From contig JAYWIR010000044.1 of NCBI GenBank assembly GCA_036172245.1, positions 1,364,001 to 1,428,000 on the forward strand: a DNA stretch of 64,000 nucleotides, given 5' to 3'. The notes under the pieces were generated by a model, which saw only the letters and a program-made list of their open reading frames with translations, made no database searches and was not told the origin of the DNA. Below, in pieces: positions 62,650-64,000 of the stretch. The translations under genes and the position numbers were made by a program. The stretch is from Raillietiella orientalis. Lineage: Eukaryota. How positions within the stretch are numbered: the stretch's first letter is position 1; the number at the start of each line of letters is the position of its first letter.

Positions 62650-64000
62650 GGGCTTCTTTGACCTCACACTTGCCGCCCCACATTCCCATTTTCGCCGCCA
62701 CATTTCGCTGCTCTTAGCGAAGACCGCAGTAGGGCGATGAAGTCTTCCTTGTCCACCGCGTGCTTCTGCATTTCATGGGACCACAGATGTGAACAGTCAG
62801 GAAGTCCACGGGTGGAAACTTCGTGCCTGTCAACTGCTGTGCTTTTGGATGGAGTAGAGGAAATTTGGATGAGCCAAGCTGCTTGGGGTCCACTGCAGGT
62901 GTCCACCGAACGGTTCGCGCTTCTTAAGTGTTTCCCGCAAGAGTTGCTCACTTGGAAAACGTGGTTCACTCTTTCTAGCCTGCATGGACACGCATCGTTT
63001 TCACGAGGCCCCTGTGCAAAGGGTTTTCCCGGTTTCAAAAACCTCCCGAACTCGAAAGGAAAGTAAGTACATTGACGCAGCAGCAACGACTTCAGAACTC
63101 GCGTGAAGGAGGGAAGAACGCTGTTACTGGAGTTTGCGCTGCTTGCGAGCAGGGCCTGGTTAAGCTTTGCAGCCGTTCCGTGGTGCCTATTTTGCATGGG
63201 GCCCGTCTGGAGGTGTGAGAGCGCGCACGCAATTCCCCTTGCAGATCCTGGTAATGCAGCCGGCATCATTCAGGATGAAAGCAATTGCGTCGGCTCGATC
63301 CCCATCTCCTCAAAAAGGTGCTGGGATCCTTAGAGGGCGCAATCCTTCTTTGGAATCACCTACCCTTCCTGTCGCGCATTGCTTTCTGGTCGTGAGGAAG
63401 GGCTGCAACTTGTCCGGTTTCTTCGATCCGTTTGCTTGCAGGTTGCTTCCTCTGTTTGTTTCCATGGAAAACCTCGGTTTCCTCCGTGGATCCTGCCCGA
63501 AGCGAACCGAATGCGTGCAATGGCACAAGCCGACAACGGAAGTTTCCAGAAACGGTTCGCAGGATTCGTGTGGGGTGGGATGGAACATCCTCAGAGCGTG
63601 AAGCGCAGTGACGGGAATCAACATCCCATCCTCGTCTGGCTGCTCGTCCTCAGGATCTTCGAGCGATGGAAGATCCACTGGTTTCCTGCGTCGTAAGCAC
63701 CACCTCTTCGGCAGGGTGGGAAGTCTGAGAGCTGAATACGAAAGGAACAAGATCCCGTGATGCAAATTTTTGAGCAACCCTTGCATCCGGCAGCCAGGGC
63801 AGCTTGTCGGTGATTTTGATGTGATTTTCTCCTACCACGCTGCTCGGCTCTGAGCCACATAGAGCTGAAACATGAGCATGGCATCGCAGAGACTTGAGAT
63901 ATAGCGATTACCGGTACTGAAATGTGGCATTTCCAACTCTTGGTCACAGAAATCGAGTCACTCCAGTGGTTTTCCTGTGTTATGAAGAATGCATCAGCTT
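62650..64000 (-). mobile_element. L1-like ORF2 3' relic
   Basis: ORF 62664-63269 'DACPCRLERVNHVF'. Confidence 0.45.

Overview
This 64-kb window is eukaryotic repeat DNA, probably from an arthropod or other invertebrate (inferred from Utopia-like elements and degenerate TTAGG-type repeats). It is almost entirely a mosaic of decayed non-LTR retrotransposon fragments of 0.3-2.5 kb on both strands. I found no intact host gene, RNA gene, CRISPR array, LTR element or DNA transposase, and most ORFs in the track are shadows or pieces of frameshifted elements. Two classes are present. (1) APE-endonuclease L1/Tx1-like LINEs with a CCHC-knuckle ORF1, an 'SWNANG...LQETH' endonuclease, an 'RGIRQGDSLSPLLF...YADD' RT and a C-terminal C-x2-C...H...C finger. 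These form two sister lineages. 'Family A' ends in a conserved AATAAA plus stem-loop without a long poly(A) (about 12 copies). 'Family B' has a different C-terminus, then a spacer rich in CTTCGG mini-hairpins, then an ORF1-like region. (2) Restriction-like-endonuclease (RLE) elements of R2/NeSL/Utopia type, several with 5-nt-periodic 3' tails, including (CCTAA)-like ones. There are also near-identical inverted and direct duplicated cores inside more diverged homology, and a perfect 17-bp hairpin. Element boundaries are read by eye and approximate (often +/-50-100 nt). Family assignments come from motif recognition, not database searches.
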